A DNA stretch of 64,000 nt from Antedon mediterranea (taxonomy: Eukaryota > Animalia > Echinodermata), in contig NC_092673.1 in assembly GCF_964355755.1 (NCBI RefSeq), forward strand, positions 2,232,001-2,296,000, in the 5' to 3' direction. Under the pieces are notes generated by a model. It did not search any database. It saw only the letters and a program-made list of their open reading frames with translations, and had not been told where the DNA came from. The translations under genes and the position numbers were made by a program. Shown here one piece after another: positions 11,777 through 24,922 of this stretch. The stretch's first letter is position 1. Each line of letters begins with the position of its first letter.

Positions 11777-12137
11777 AGGCCCAATTACACTATGACGATA
11801 ACGACGGACGATAAATATATAGCATGCATTTTTTTTACATAAACCAAAAGAAATTAGAAAGGTTTTCGTTCTAGACCTATAGGATAATCATTTATGCTGT
11901 CTTTGATAAAAATAATGTTTTTCAAATTCCAATCAAATGACGTCATGATAAATAAAAACAATAAAATCGCTGTATTGTCACGATATTATTGGTCTTACTA
12001 ATCATGACGTCATTTGATTGGACGTGTGAAAATATAATTTTCATCAAAGGAATTGTTTATATTTCTTTTGGTTTATGTATTAAAAATGCACATTTGTCTA
12101 TTTATCGTCGATCGTTATCGTCCTAGTGTATGGGCCT
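11777..12137. mobile_element. Palindromic MITE (TIR AGGCCCA..ACACTA.GACGATAACGA)
   Basis: Long imperfect inverted symmetry across the whole element, including the CCAATCAAATGACGTCATGA / TCATGACGTCATTTGATTGG pair. Confidence 0.7.
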
Positions 12138-12449
12138 TATGCTGTAAATGTTCAATTAATTGATCAATCCGATTTGATTAGTTGGACTCTTGCACAGTTG
12201 CTGTCTAATCGTTGTTGTGTAATATCATTTCGAACCATATTAAAATCATAAAGAGATTCATATTCCTTAACATGTGGCTGTGCATGGAAGTCCGGTCTAC
12301 AAAAACTCGGGCCCGGGATCATTGTTATTGGGCCTGAAAGTGTTGGTGAATTCATAATTATACTTAATATTATATTTATCATATATATAATTATATTATT
12401 ATACAATTGAAAGCAAAACCCGTTGAATCTCAAATCATTAGGACTAGAA

Positions 12450-13466
12450 ATTTGGCTTATCAATCAAATAAATACTTTCGTTCAAAATGAAACTCCAACC
12501 TCTCTAATCAAAAGATTGAACTCGAAAACGGACCGTTTTTTGAATTGGGTATGTTGAAACATTTCAATATTCATTTAAAAAAGAACATTAATTATGGTAT
12601 TGATCAGTGGCTATAGAGGCGTAAAAACCCTCGGTCAATATCATGTAAAATGCACTGTGGACGGGTCATTATTAAGACTGCAAAATTGGGCTTATCAACA
12701 AATAAATACTTTCGTTCAAAATGTAAAATCAAGGCTGAAAAATTGGGCTTATCAACAACAAAATATTTTATTATTAGACGCGATAACATCAAGGATAGTC
12801 AGTATAATTATTAATATAGCCACTGTTACTAGTTTTATTCTACATGCTAAAGTAAATAAAAATCCACTAGAAAACAAACCAGTCTGAATGTTATGCTTAT
12901 TAGCCATGTTATGTTTGTTACTGTAGGCCTATGATAGTTTGCAATGTCCACATATTATTTCCGTGGGCATATCCATAGTGTATCACTCACAAAAAAGACG
13001 TGTGAGGTTCTTTCTTTAGATTTTGAAGAATGATTTGTGTTACAGGTTAAATGCTCAAGATATCGGCTAACGCCATGGGACCCTTGGCTTATCAATGAAT
13101 AATAAATACAGTACTACTTTCGTTCAATTGAAATCAGAATCTGACCGTTTCATTAAATTGGGTGTGATTAGGCCTAAACATATAATAATTTATTAAAAAG
13201 GTACAATAAAAACAAATGCATCAGAGGCGTAAAGAACCCACGGTCAATATCATGTAAAATGTATATGGTATAAGCACTGTGGAAAGGGTCATTATTATTA
13301 AACTGGAAAATTCGGCTTATCAACAAATAAATACTTTCGTTTAAAATGTAAAATAAGACTGCAAAATTGGGCTTATCAACAAATAAAATACTTTTTTTTC
13401 AAAATGTAAAATTAAGACTGGAAAATTGGGCTTATAAACAAATAAATACCTTTTTTCAAAATGTAA
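12450..13466. repeat. Nested tandem repeats: unit of about 57 bp (AAATTGGGCTTATCAACAAATAAATACTTTCGTT) within a larger local duplication
   Basis: Units at about 12450, 12680, 12740, 13085, 13310, 13365 and 13422; the block 12450-12760 resembles 13085-13390. Confidence 0.75.
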
Positions 13467-14230
13467 GAAAACATTTTTTAAATATAATCCTTAAGCTCTG
13501 TCTATACTATTAAACTAAATATGATGTGCCCATATTATATAGACATGACGATGTCATATCACTACGATATTCGGGCATATCACTACCATATTTGGGCACA
13601 TCACACTTTTTTTTTGTTAAACTAGTTGGGACAGTGCAGACACAGAACTATGTGATCGAAACTTAAGTCGAAATTGGACTGACGCGATTGATTTAATTGG
13701 GTATTTTTATTAATGTAACGATTCATTAAAAACTATAATACCGATGCGCGTTTGGTATTGATCAATGGTGCAAAAAACCCTGAGAAATAATGTTATAACG
13801 CGATTTGGTGATAGCTTAGCAATAATACAACCCATATACTATTATTATAAATACCTATATTACAAATCCATTCATATAACTTTTCATCGCGAACCGAAAA
13901 TGTATAAATGTTATTCTACAGACAGTAATTATATATTCAAAAGCCATATTATTATTATTATCAATACCTAAATGCGATAGTAATAACCACATAAACATAC
14001 ATTATTCCTATTACAAGTTTGTGCGTTTAATTCTAGAAAGAAACGACTGTGCTGACAGTCCAATGACATAAATCACAAGTAAAGTCCCAATTGTTCACTT
14101 GCGTTTTGATTGGCCGACCTATTATATTAAATTAATGAAGACTGTTCTTACAACTGTCCAGTCAAAAAGTTACGCGGCGTTTTTTGTAAGAAATATTTCT
14201 TGTTTAGATGTGTGTGTGTGCGTAACAACC

Positions 14231-15174
14231 TAGTCTGGGTTCCAGACGGAGTTTTGTCTTAATATTAGTAAAAAGATAAATATTTTGGCACATATGGCGT
14301 TTCATACGTATACTACTTGATTTTGGATACTCCGTCTGGGGAAACACGCACAAGTCACGTGGTTTGACACCAAGAATTCTTGGTGCATACGATTATCCGG
14401 TTGACTAGTTTCAGCTGCATGCGATTGGCTACTCACTCGTACACCGTTTTAATATTCATATTTCAGAATTTCAAAGACTCAACAACTAAGATGATGCGCA
14501 TGCGCTATGTTACGTTTAGACAATGTGTACTTGGGTACATTTATGAAAGTTTCTGAAGGCTGGAAATTATTTTATAGGCCTATGCCTAGTAGTCTGGTAA
14601 ACATTTGATGGGATTTTTTCCCAAGAACATGAAAACTCGTCTTGATATGATAGGCTATAGCTTCTCCGCAAATCAAACATTGAATGGATCATTTATTACG
14701 CGGAGATAATTTTGATTTAATTCCCACACAGAACAGCACAGCTGTTGTGTGCCGGTGGTGGTATGTAGGGCTACTTTATTGGCGTTTTATTTGGCAGGTC
14801 ATGCGTGCGAGTTGAGTGGGACCTACGAAAGAGGCCTAGGCCAAGGACTAAACAATTAATAAACAAAACAACTTGGCATTACGATTTTATATTTCAACAG
14901 TCTCGATCGTACATTCAGCACTGTACGTACGTCTCGATCTTTTTCATTTTGAAACAAAATGATCATTGGCTGATTCGAAATCCATATTTACATACCGCCC
15001 GCCCCATATAGCCAAATACGGTATGATAACCTACGTCATTCTTATCGGATGTTTGCGGTCTGCAAATCGATTTCTATACGTGTTTCACAAGTCTGTAGTT
15101 TCAGACAAAAATCGCGGTCGAAATAAAAACAAATAAATAAAAAAAAAAGATAATACAGACTTGGGGCAAGTCTA
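14231..15174. mobile_element. Non-autonomous DNA transposon, AcademH-like (TAG...CTA termini, terminal hairpins, 9-bp TSD)
   Basis: Perfect 9-bp direct repeat GTAACAACC at 14222-14230 and 15175-15183. Left end TAGTCTGG-GTT-CCAGAC and right end AGACTTG-GGG-CAAGTCTA are each self-complementary. Confidence 0.7.
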
Positions 15175-16446
15175 GTAACAACCTAAAACCTAAAACTGAT
15201 CTAAAAATATTAGTTTTTTGGAGGATAAGATAATTTTATGAATGTTTACATTTTTTTGTTCTATAAATTGACGAAGTTCTTAAATGGCTAACTGATAAAA
15301 ATGAATAATACATGATTTCTTAGTTCTGGGGCCTAACGTATCGAAACAATTGCTAACATGGACCGTTTAAGTTTAGTCAATATTTTTTAGTCATAAATGT
15401 GTTTACTTCTCTAAATCAAAACACTACATTAAATAATAGGTATTGTTTTCATTTTGATTTGAAAAATGAATTTTATGTGTTTTTTATGTTGTACGAATAT
15501 TTGCATTTTACGGTTTATGTATTAGGCCTACACACGTTATAAAAGATCGGGTTGAAATTACCACGCCCCTCATTCTTCTTCCAGAGTCTTGAATCAGCAG
15601 ACGAAAAAAAAGTTAAAAATAAAAATCAGAGTAAGATATTCACAACCAAATAACATAATTGTAGGCCTATTCTTTAAAAAGAATCCTTTTTAAAAATTTA
15701 ACAATAGGTGTCTACTATTCACTTTTAAGTTTGATCCACTTGTGTGCCTCTTCAACCCTCCCTTTAATATTTTCCTGTTCTGACTTTGTTTTATGTGGTG
15801 CTGTATGTAAAACTTCAGTTGATGAATACTTAACCAACATTTTGCTTTTAATGACCAAGATCAGAACCCTTTCTTATGTTTCGGTGCCGTGATTACTAAA
15901 ATCCGGATGTAAACTGAACTGATGGCATGGAGAATTCTTCTCCTCCTAGATCATGTTACTGTTACATTGGCGTATAATAATAATAATAAATTTGTTCTTC
16001 TTGATTTTGCAATAAATACGTTCCCAGTTTTGGTTTTTGTTATCAACGACGATTTTTCTTGCATCGGATGCATTGTTGTTTAATTTGTTATTTTTGGTGA
16101 ATTTTGTTGTTGTTGTATTTGTTCGTTATGATTTTTCAAGATATGAAAGAGAGTAGGTTGATACCAGAAACATGAATTATGCTCATTATGCATTATAAAT
16201 GAGTAGGACAGGTGTAACTTTTTAAAAACAAAATATGCATTAATAGTACATATTCTATTTTGATTGTTGCATGGAGTAAAGAATACTCCATGATTGTTGT
16301 CTGCTGCATTATTAAAATGATTCCTTGCCTGTAAAGAGTCAAAAAGGCGGTAACGGCGTTCCATAGCATCATCATAATAATAGAAAAAAAAACACGCGAG
16401 ACTTGGAAATAGAATTAAAAAGAGAGGGCTAGGATCGGATTAGGAA

Positions 16447-19400
16447 ATGGATAACTTTTACAAAGATAAAGAAGAATGGAAAGATGTCACACCAGTTCCA
16501 CAGGATGACGGACCTCATCCCGTCGTGAGAATTGCATATTCTGAAAGATGTAAAGAATTAATAAAACATGTTTTCCTAGCCTCTAGAGTGGGCCTAGATA
16601 GGCTAGGCTAGCCCAATCAATATTAATATTAGGCGTTAATATTAAGCAACAGCTCACACGATCCGAGGCCTGGCTAGGACTAGACGAGCTAGCTGCTGGG
16701 CCTAGACAAGTTGATAGGCCTAGCCCTGTTGGACTTCCGATAATCACATTATTTTTTAATTAAAATTTCTTAGGTTAACTAGTATAATAACGTTATTAAG
16801 CTATACTAGGCCTAGTGCTACTAGCTAGGCCTACTTCTTTATAGCCTAGTTTTATTAATTTATATTAAAAATAGTAATCTTGTATTGTACTGTTTATTTT
16901 CTAGTCAAAGATTGCTTTGATTATTTTCGGGCAATACTTAAAAGTGATGAAAAGAGTGAAAGAGCTTTACAATTGACTGCTGATGCAGCCGAACTTAATC
17001 CTGCAAATTACTCGGTTTGGTAGGTATTATAAACTCTATCTAATCAACAAAACCAAATTATTACCATAATTCGTATTTATTTGAATATACAGAAAGTACT
17101 CCATCCACGCTTCTTGGGTCGATATTAATTGTGCTGTATATTGAGGGGTTGTTTATTTATATATGCTACTACTTTAATAAATTAACCCTCTCCACACCAC
17201 TTAAATAAACACCTCCCTGGAATGAATGCTCGCACCCCCCTTAAAAAACCTTTTTTTTTTATTCAAATAGATATGGTACATGGTTTTTTAAAAATAAAGA
17301 CGTCAAATTTGTCAAATATCAATAGATTTTATATGTCATGACATTCGTTTTATCCAATCATCACAGCCATAGTACCAACAATGTACTTGGCTTACTTCTC
17401 TTGCAACTCACAGAATACACTTCTGCTGACCCAAAGTGTATATCTTATATACAGTCTGGTTTTTGTTTTTATTACAATAGGCAGTATCGGCGATTCATTT
17501 TGAAGGCTTTAAACAAAGATTTAAAAGAGGAACTCGATTTTATTAAAGAAATTATACAAGACAATCCAAAGAATTATCAAGTTTGGTAAGTTATTGAATA
17601 CAGTCAAATGTGGCTGGCAGATACAGGTTTTGAGGAAGGTGGTTACTTAATCACGAAACTTTTGATTTTGCAACAACCTAGGAATTATAACGTCATATGG
17701 CAGTACTACTCAAAAGGGGTTAGCATTCAATTTCGTTTGTTCTATAGGTCCAGGTGATGACATTATGGAAAAATTACTTAATGCATAATTTACGTACCAA
17801 AACATTCATTATTCATAAGCTCTGTCTACACTATCAAATATAGTAGTGGTATACCCAAATATGGTAGCGATATGACATTATCATGTCCATATATGAGCAC
17901 ATCACATTTTTTTGTCACATAAAATTTGATTGTTTTGTTAAAATATAAAGCAAAAAACCCAAAGAACTAAAGCAAGACAGTTGTTGATTATTTATTTTCT
18001 CTGATAAATTTGTTTGCTGTATTTAGGCATCATAGGAAATGTCTCATTGATTGGACACAAGACCCATCAGAAGAGCTTGAATTTACTGAAGAAATTCTCC
18101 ACTTAGATGCTAAGAATTACCATGCTTGGTCGCACCGACAGTGGATTCTTGAAACGTTCAAATTATGGGATGGCGAATTGGCATTTGTTGACAAGCTGTT
18201 ATCACAAGACCTAAGAAATAATTCGGCATGGAACCAACGTTTTTTTGTTATTAGTAATGTTTCTAAAATAGAATCTGCTACCATAAAAACAGAAGTGGAG
18301 TAAGTATACACTATTTTTGTTTCAAGATTTTTCTACTCATTTCGCCAGTGTTGTCTCTTGACAGCTCTGTTAACACTATCAATCTAGTTTGACAAAAAAG
18401 TGTGATGTGCCCAAATATGGTAGTGATATGACATCATCGTATCCATATATGGGCACATCAGATTGTTTTGTCACATAAAGTTTGATAGTGTAGACAGTGT
18501 TTTACAGAAATGGATCCAAAATGGTACAAAGGGCATATGGGGTTATCCTGATTTTTACCTTTCAAAAGTAGAGCTTGAACCGACTCTGCCCCTTTTCTTC
18601 TATTAAAGTCATTCATAGAGAGTAATATATTTTGTACAATTTTTTTCTGTAGGTATGCATTAGAAAAGATAAAGAAAGCACCAAATAATGAGAGCCCTTG
18701 GAATTATCTCAGGGGGTAAGTATCACAAACAAGAAGTGCGATATACAGTATAACCTAACCCCATGTCATTCACATGTCATTCCAGTGAGCCCTTGGAATT
18801 ATCTCAGGGGGTAAGTATCACAAACAAGGAGTGGGATATACAGTATAACCTAACCCCATGTCATTCACATGTCATTCCAGTGAGCCCTTGGAATTATCTC
18901 AGGGGGTAAGTATCACAAACAAGGAGTGGGATATACAGTATAACCTAACCCTCATGTCATTCCAATGCTGTACTTCTACTAAGCATCTTCACCTTTCATT
19001 TGACAGAATCCTATCTGATCATGGAATGTACAAATATTCTGGGTTGATGGACACGTGTCAGGGAATGTATAATAATAACATAAGATCACCGTACTTAATA
19101 GGCTGCATCATTGACATGTATGAAGAGATGTTAGAGGATAAGACGGGAGATGATGATACATTAGTGAAGGCTGTCAAGGTAAAGAATATAAATAAATGTA
19201 TTTATTTATTTATTTTAACCATTTTTAATGAGGGTGATCAATCCAGCAGTTGCTGATCATTTGGGACCCTCAGAACAGATACAATACACAAAATCCAACA
19301 AAAAAACAGAAAAGTTAAAGAAAAACAAAAACCAAAAAATAAAATAAATTACATGAGAATAAAAATCTGAATAATAAAGAAAATTTGGAATATAGAAAAT

Positions 19401-20262
19401 AACTGATATGATAAATTAAATATATAATATATAGCTCCTACTTTTACTGTATACTCTCTATACATTGAGAACACCTTGCCAACAAATGTTTGAATCTTTC
19501 ACAAACCCACATTCACCCTAATCAAAGTAAGCCATGTATACTGCAACAACATAATTGTTTACTACAAAATTACTAAGTCAGATGTTCTACCTGACCTGCA
19601 TATTTGTACTGTATACTTGGTACATTGAAAGCACTTTGGCAACAAATATGCAAGTAAATTACACTAATTGTTATTCAAAATGTGCAGTACAATTGTGTCC
19701 AGATCAGGAAAATCATTTGACCAATTAACTTAACATACAGACACAGCTATACAGATTCCTTTTATCCAGATTCCAATATAATGGAAATTACAGTGCTCAT
19801 ATCTTGCCTTAAATAAATATAAAGAAAAAGAACTATCTAACAAATCTTTTTTTATAATTTCGTATCAAAGCTGGGTAGATAACACAAAATCTACTTCTTC
19901 TAAGCCATGATCTAATAATAATAATAATAATAATTTATAAAGCGCACATATCCACTAGAAGTGCTCAAGGCGCTACCAAAGTTGACAGTGATCATCAGTT
20001 ATCACGGCCAATAATTAAATCTATATACATATAAATTTTTATTGTTTTATATTTTTACATAATTAAAATAGCAAAATTAATGGTACTGTGTAACCGTGGT
20101 ACACTGATTTCTTAAACCAACATTTAAATAACCGTGATAAATGATTGTATCCCACAGCACTGTAAGGAATTAGCTGAGCAGTTTGATGTAATTCGAAAAG
20201 AGTACTGGCTGTATGTGGAACGCTCGTTGGTTTGTCGATTTGGTACTAGCAAGGATGAATAA
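16447..20262 (+). CDS. FNTA: Protein farnesyltransferase/geranylgeranyltransferase type-1 subunit alpha, 7 exons, 311 aa
   Basis: Exons: 16447-16549, 16905-17019, 17481-17585, 18027-18299, 18653-18715, 19007-19178, 20158-20262; GT-AG, phases consistent, 936 nt. Contains [23 protein letters not shown] and PPTA repeats ([55 protein letters not shown]), ending DVIRKEYW. Confidence 0.95.
18692..18964 (+). repeat. 95-bp tandem triplication spanning the FNTA exon 5 end and donor
   Basis: GAGCCCTTGGAATTATCTCAGGGGGTAAGT starts at 18692, 18787 and 18882. Confidence 0.95.
19912..19974 (-). mobile_element. L2-type LINE/SINE tail fragment
   Basis: Minus strand reads AGCGCCTTGAGCAC...GTGCGCTTTATAAA followed by (TTA)n. 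Confidence 0.55.
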
Positions 20263-22191
20263 AAGTTTTAAAGATTACACAAAAAGGTGTAATTGTATGT
20301 CGCCGCAATGGAAGTCTTCTTAGATGTTGTTAACCCGACCGTGACCAATACTGCAGCCAGCAATTTCCCTACAAAAACATTTATTACTTCAAAGTTGTAT
20401 GTGGAAAAATAATGTATTGTCACTGAATGTTTAAATTTTAAATTCTTGTGATTATGGCTGTGTGCATAGTAAAACAGTTTATAATGGTATCTAATACATC
20501 TTTTTTTAACCTGCAAGATGTGTAGGCCTACTAAAAAAACTGACCAAATTAAATTACTTTTTATGTTGCAAATATAGTATCATGTTGTGTAATTAAATCA
20601 AACTATAGTACAAAGAGAATGTGTGTTCTATTTGTTCATGTCGTCCTAGTTGACACGGGCTGGTCAAGCACTACAAGATGACAGTTTTATTACTTTTGCT
20701 TTTCCTCTAATCCCCTGTTATACTTATATGTTTTGTTATGTAGAAATATTGAAAATAAATAAATAAATTGTTCATATTATTACTAAGCTTCTCCTCTAAA
20801 CAACAAAATAGTAAATAGACTCTGGAGTTTCCACTCACCACCGGGCTACACACCATACAAAACTCTGGTTTGTGAAAACTAGTTACCTCAGGTGATGTGA
20901 AAGTTGTACTATTTTGTTACTGAAAGAGGACATCAATAAATACTATTAATGGCCAGTTAAAGTATGGTTCCAACTAGAGACACAATGCAATGATGTGACG
21001 CAATCAAGTTACCAATTGTGTCGTATTCAATTGGACTTTTACCGTTGAGTAAAGTTTTTCTGTTGAGTACTTATTTAACGGAGTATTTTAAGCGTTGAGA
21101 TTGTTTTTAACGAAAAAGCCCCGAAAAAGCTTGCATTGTTTGGGGCACAAATTTACAATTCGAATACAAAAAGTACTCAACGAATCTATAAGTTAACAAC
21201 CAAAATTTCCCATTCGAATATGACAAATGACATCAAATACAATGACAAGAGATTGATTGCATGTGCAACAGTTTTAATAATATCCATCACTTGTCTTTGA
21301 TCAAATCACATAAAATTAAATAATGCATACATATTAAAAGTACAAAAACTGGTTTCATTATAATATATATATAATACTTCAAACTCAAGGACAAACTATA
21401 AGGACAAACTATAAATGCATGATTATGGTGTAGTTTGCCTAAAGTGATACATGATGTAAAGGCACATGGTACTACACTAAAAAGTACTGTAACGTTGAGG
21501 GCATTTTGGTGTAGCAAACACAACAAAAGCACGTGTTTGCTTAAAAAGTTTTAACTTGTATCCATAACAACGACGTATCACATGCTTCATAGACGCGGAA
21601 TAATACATTTCTGTTTTTTAATTGTTACAAATAATTTTAATTATTTTTAAAAGATGTCTACAAATAGCTTTTTATATGCAAGATAATAGGATGGTTGTTA
21701 TATCGAATTAAAATGTATTAGCTTCCTTTAAAACATATCGGCCTAATCACGAGTACTAAAAAAGGGCAGAGTAGTGATTTGGCTACTAAAGTTAACAACA
21801 ACAACAAACTTCAGTTGGTCGATCGACCGTGATCGTCGCGAGATTTTACTTCGTTTTCTATTCTTATATCTTCAAATTAGACTGTTGATAATGCTTTTCT
21901 AATGAAGAACACATCCTAAACGAAATAAGGTCATATACCCACTGAACAGGCGTACTAGCCTAGTAGTACTAGAAGTTGCTTCAATCAATCACGCTCTATT
22001 TCCTGCTAGGCCTAGGTAGGCCTAGAGGTTAGGCTAGTTTATTAGTAAGCTAATAAAACCTAAAAGCCCACTCAACACTGTCAGAGAAGAGGCCTGGGCG
22101 AGCGGCTTACTAAAGTTAGCTAGGCCTCTATCTACCTACAAAAGAGAGGCCATCCTTGCCTAACTTATTATTAATTTATTAAACACTGGAA

Positions 22192-23590
22192 ATGCCAAGG
22201 TCAACCAAATGTACGCCATCCACCAATAATGATGGAATATGGGTAAGTAGTAACTATAGGCTAGTATATCTCTGTCTGTTTTGTAAATTTTATATTTGAT
22301 ATGATTTGATGGTCAAATAAATGAAATTAGGCCTAGTAGCATAACTTAAGTTACTAAGTAGCATTATGTTAATATTTTTTTAAATAGCCTAGAGTCCTAA
22401 TTAGCTAATTTTATTTATAATATTGTTTGATGAACCCACACATAAATAATGATAATATTTATTTAATTTCAGTTTCGTACCAGAGGATGGACAGATGGGC
22501 CCTTAAATCGTGTATCTGCAACTTCAACAGGAAGCATGCTGTCATCCACTTTCAACTTAGAATCATCCAGACACCCTTTACCTCCGCCCGAACCATTCAA
22601 TACATTAGAGAAGGTATTTTGTTCATAATCCTACCCTTTTTGGTGTAATGTGAAGAAGAACTGCTTATTTACTTACAAATGGTACACACTGCTTTGATAA
22701 CTTGTGCAGGAGCAGTACATACTGCTCTACGACTCTTAATCTTAGTACAGTCCTCCTAAAGGCCAAATTACACAGATGAGCGGTAACGATAATAAAAATA
22801 CAGAATTTTCCGTATACCGTTAACCATTTACTGTGTAAATTGGCCTTAACACTGCACTAGTTCAGTTGCCAAACTCCATCCATTGTCATAAACAGTAAGA
22901 GAACTTATAATTATTGTATATTTTACACTTTTTTTGCAGAACAACTACATTGAAGAAAACCCATTTTCTGGCCATGATAACAGGCATTCATTTCAAGATC
23001 ATGGGGTGTATTTTGGACAGGTATAATATTTTATCTTCATTTGCATTGAAGCTCAACAAATCCATTGATTGATTCCAAACCTTTTCCTGCAATACAAATG
23101 ATATGAAGTTTGTTTTAACAAGTGTAGCATGGTCAGCATACTTGATAGTTTCTGTTACAGAATATACAGTAGTGTTACCAGCATTACTAGTATTATTCAT
23201 AAAATATCTCTCAAATTCTTGCATACTTGTATATCACCACCATGATATTTTTACTGATTTTAGGGCCTTGGAAAGAAGTTATGGCAAGGAGAGAAGCGGC
23301 AACACAATTCACGGGATCTAATAACGTGGGAAACTGGTCATAATCTTCACTACAGTACGTACTACCACGACACCTACAAGGGAACTCCTACTAATAAACC
23401 TCCGACGCATCGCAGGTTCCCACGAGTACATTCCGAACCAAAACAGGGTAGCATAAAATTGGATACTACGACAACAGACCGTTACCAATCACCTGATGTT
23501 CCGCATAAAACGCCAACGCAAATTTTAGCCTCTTCTCAGGAACCATTTATAAAACACAATCCATGGCGGTATTCATATAAAGCATACTAG
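22192..23590 (+). CDS. TEX36: TEX36-like protein (HDNR domain), 4 exons, 199 aa
   Basis: Exons 22192-22242, 22473-22613, 22940-23020, 23264-23590, all phase 0 GT-AG, 600 nt. Motifs DGIWF, NPFSGHDNRHSFQDHGVYFGQGLGKK, KRQHNS and RRFPR match the HDNR/TEX36 family. Missed by the ORF track. Confidence 0.8.
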
Positions 23591-23984
23591 ATTAACTAAA
23601 TGATGAAGAATTGAATTAAATATTTCCATAAATCTGGTGCATTTTAAACATTTGTTATTGTGATATGGTTATGCGCAATTTGAACGGTTTGCGCAATTTG
23701 AATCAAATTACTTAATTCAAATTGTGCAGAAAATGTCAAACTGCGCAAAGTATTTCAGTATTTGATAAAACTAAAGCTTGATAACCTTACTTATATTCTA
23801 CATTGGTAAATAATGTAAGTAATATTAATATTATTTATTAATAACTTCACTTAATAAAATGTTATAAATAAAAATAAAACGATTTATGTTTTTATTATGA
23901 GAGATGATAAAACCATGTACTGCTGCATGATGAGCTAACAATAATATGGGGCTTCCCCTTTTATGCATAGTTAGTTAGTTCATT

Positions 23985-24282
23985 TTTATACTGGGTGACC
24001 TCTTCAGTGAAAGACTGATCTCCCAGAGGGCCCAGTTGGTGATCAGTGGCTGTGATGTACTAATACACCGGGGTAACCCCTTACTCGCCTCGAAAGATTT
24101 ACTAGGTTCTTTAAAGTGCACACGAGCTAGTTGTGTACACTGTACCTATGGTTTATAGTCCTTATCCGAGAAGACTCGTTCTATCACCAGAACCATGGAG
24201 TGAGTGAACCTCGAACCCTTGCCGATGTTATGGATACGTAATTACGGTTCCACTGTCTGCTCGGCCACTCACTCACTCACTC
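23985..24282 (-). mobile_element. tRNA-derived SINE with Deu/Nin-like central domain
   Basis: Minus strand: A-box-like TGGCCGAGC, B-box-like GGTTCGAG, core TAAAGAACC...TTCGAG..GAGTAAGGGGTTACCCCGGTGT, A-rich tail. Second copy at 5643-5842. Confidence 0.7.
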
Positions 24283-24703
24283 GAAAGCATACCATGTTTC
24301 GTTCCCGTTTAAAAAAAAAATCCCTGTACTATTGGTACATGGATTTTTTTTTTCAATGCCAAATTTTTACCCTTTCATTGTTATGCAATCATATCATAAT
24401 GCAATATATATGTGCGTATTTAACAATATTATTGCATAATAATTGAATCTACAAAAGGTCATATTTTGGCTCTTTTGCGAAACGTTTAATGAAAACAATC
24501 AATAGCAAACTATTCTCCACCAAAATATCTTCAAAAACATTTATGAACAAAATGTATTTATTAAACCAAAACAGAACTAATGCATTAATTATATACCATC
24601 ATTAATTTAAAAAAAAATGTTTATTAAAATCTAGCATAATCATTCTATGATTGAATTGATTACAGCATTTGATCTACAATAAGTTATTATGTTTCAATGA
24701 ACA

Positions 24704-24922
24704 ATTGACCAATCACACTAGTGATTTAGATTTATTGACCAATCACACTGGGTGATTTATATTTATTGACCAATCACACTGGGTGATTTATATTTATTGA
24801 CCAATCACACTAGGTGATTTATATTTATTGACCAATCACACTAGGTGATTTAGATTTATTGACCAATCACACTAGGTGATTTATATTTATTGACCAATCA
24901 CACTAGGTGATTTATATTTATT
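24704..24922. repeat. 31-bp minisatellite, about 7 copies, each with TGACCAATCA
   Basis: Unit TTGACCAATCACACTAGGTGATTTATATTTA. Confidence 0.92.

Noticed and set aside
18858-19006. 5' part of the 132-aa ORF as coding
   Set aside because: It is the third tandem repeat copy plus intron; only 19007-19178 is FNTA exon.
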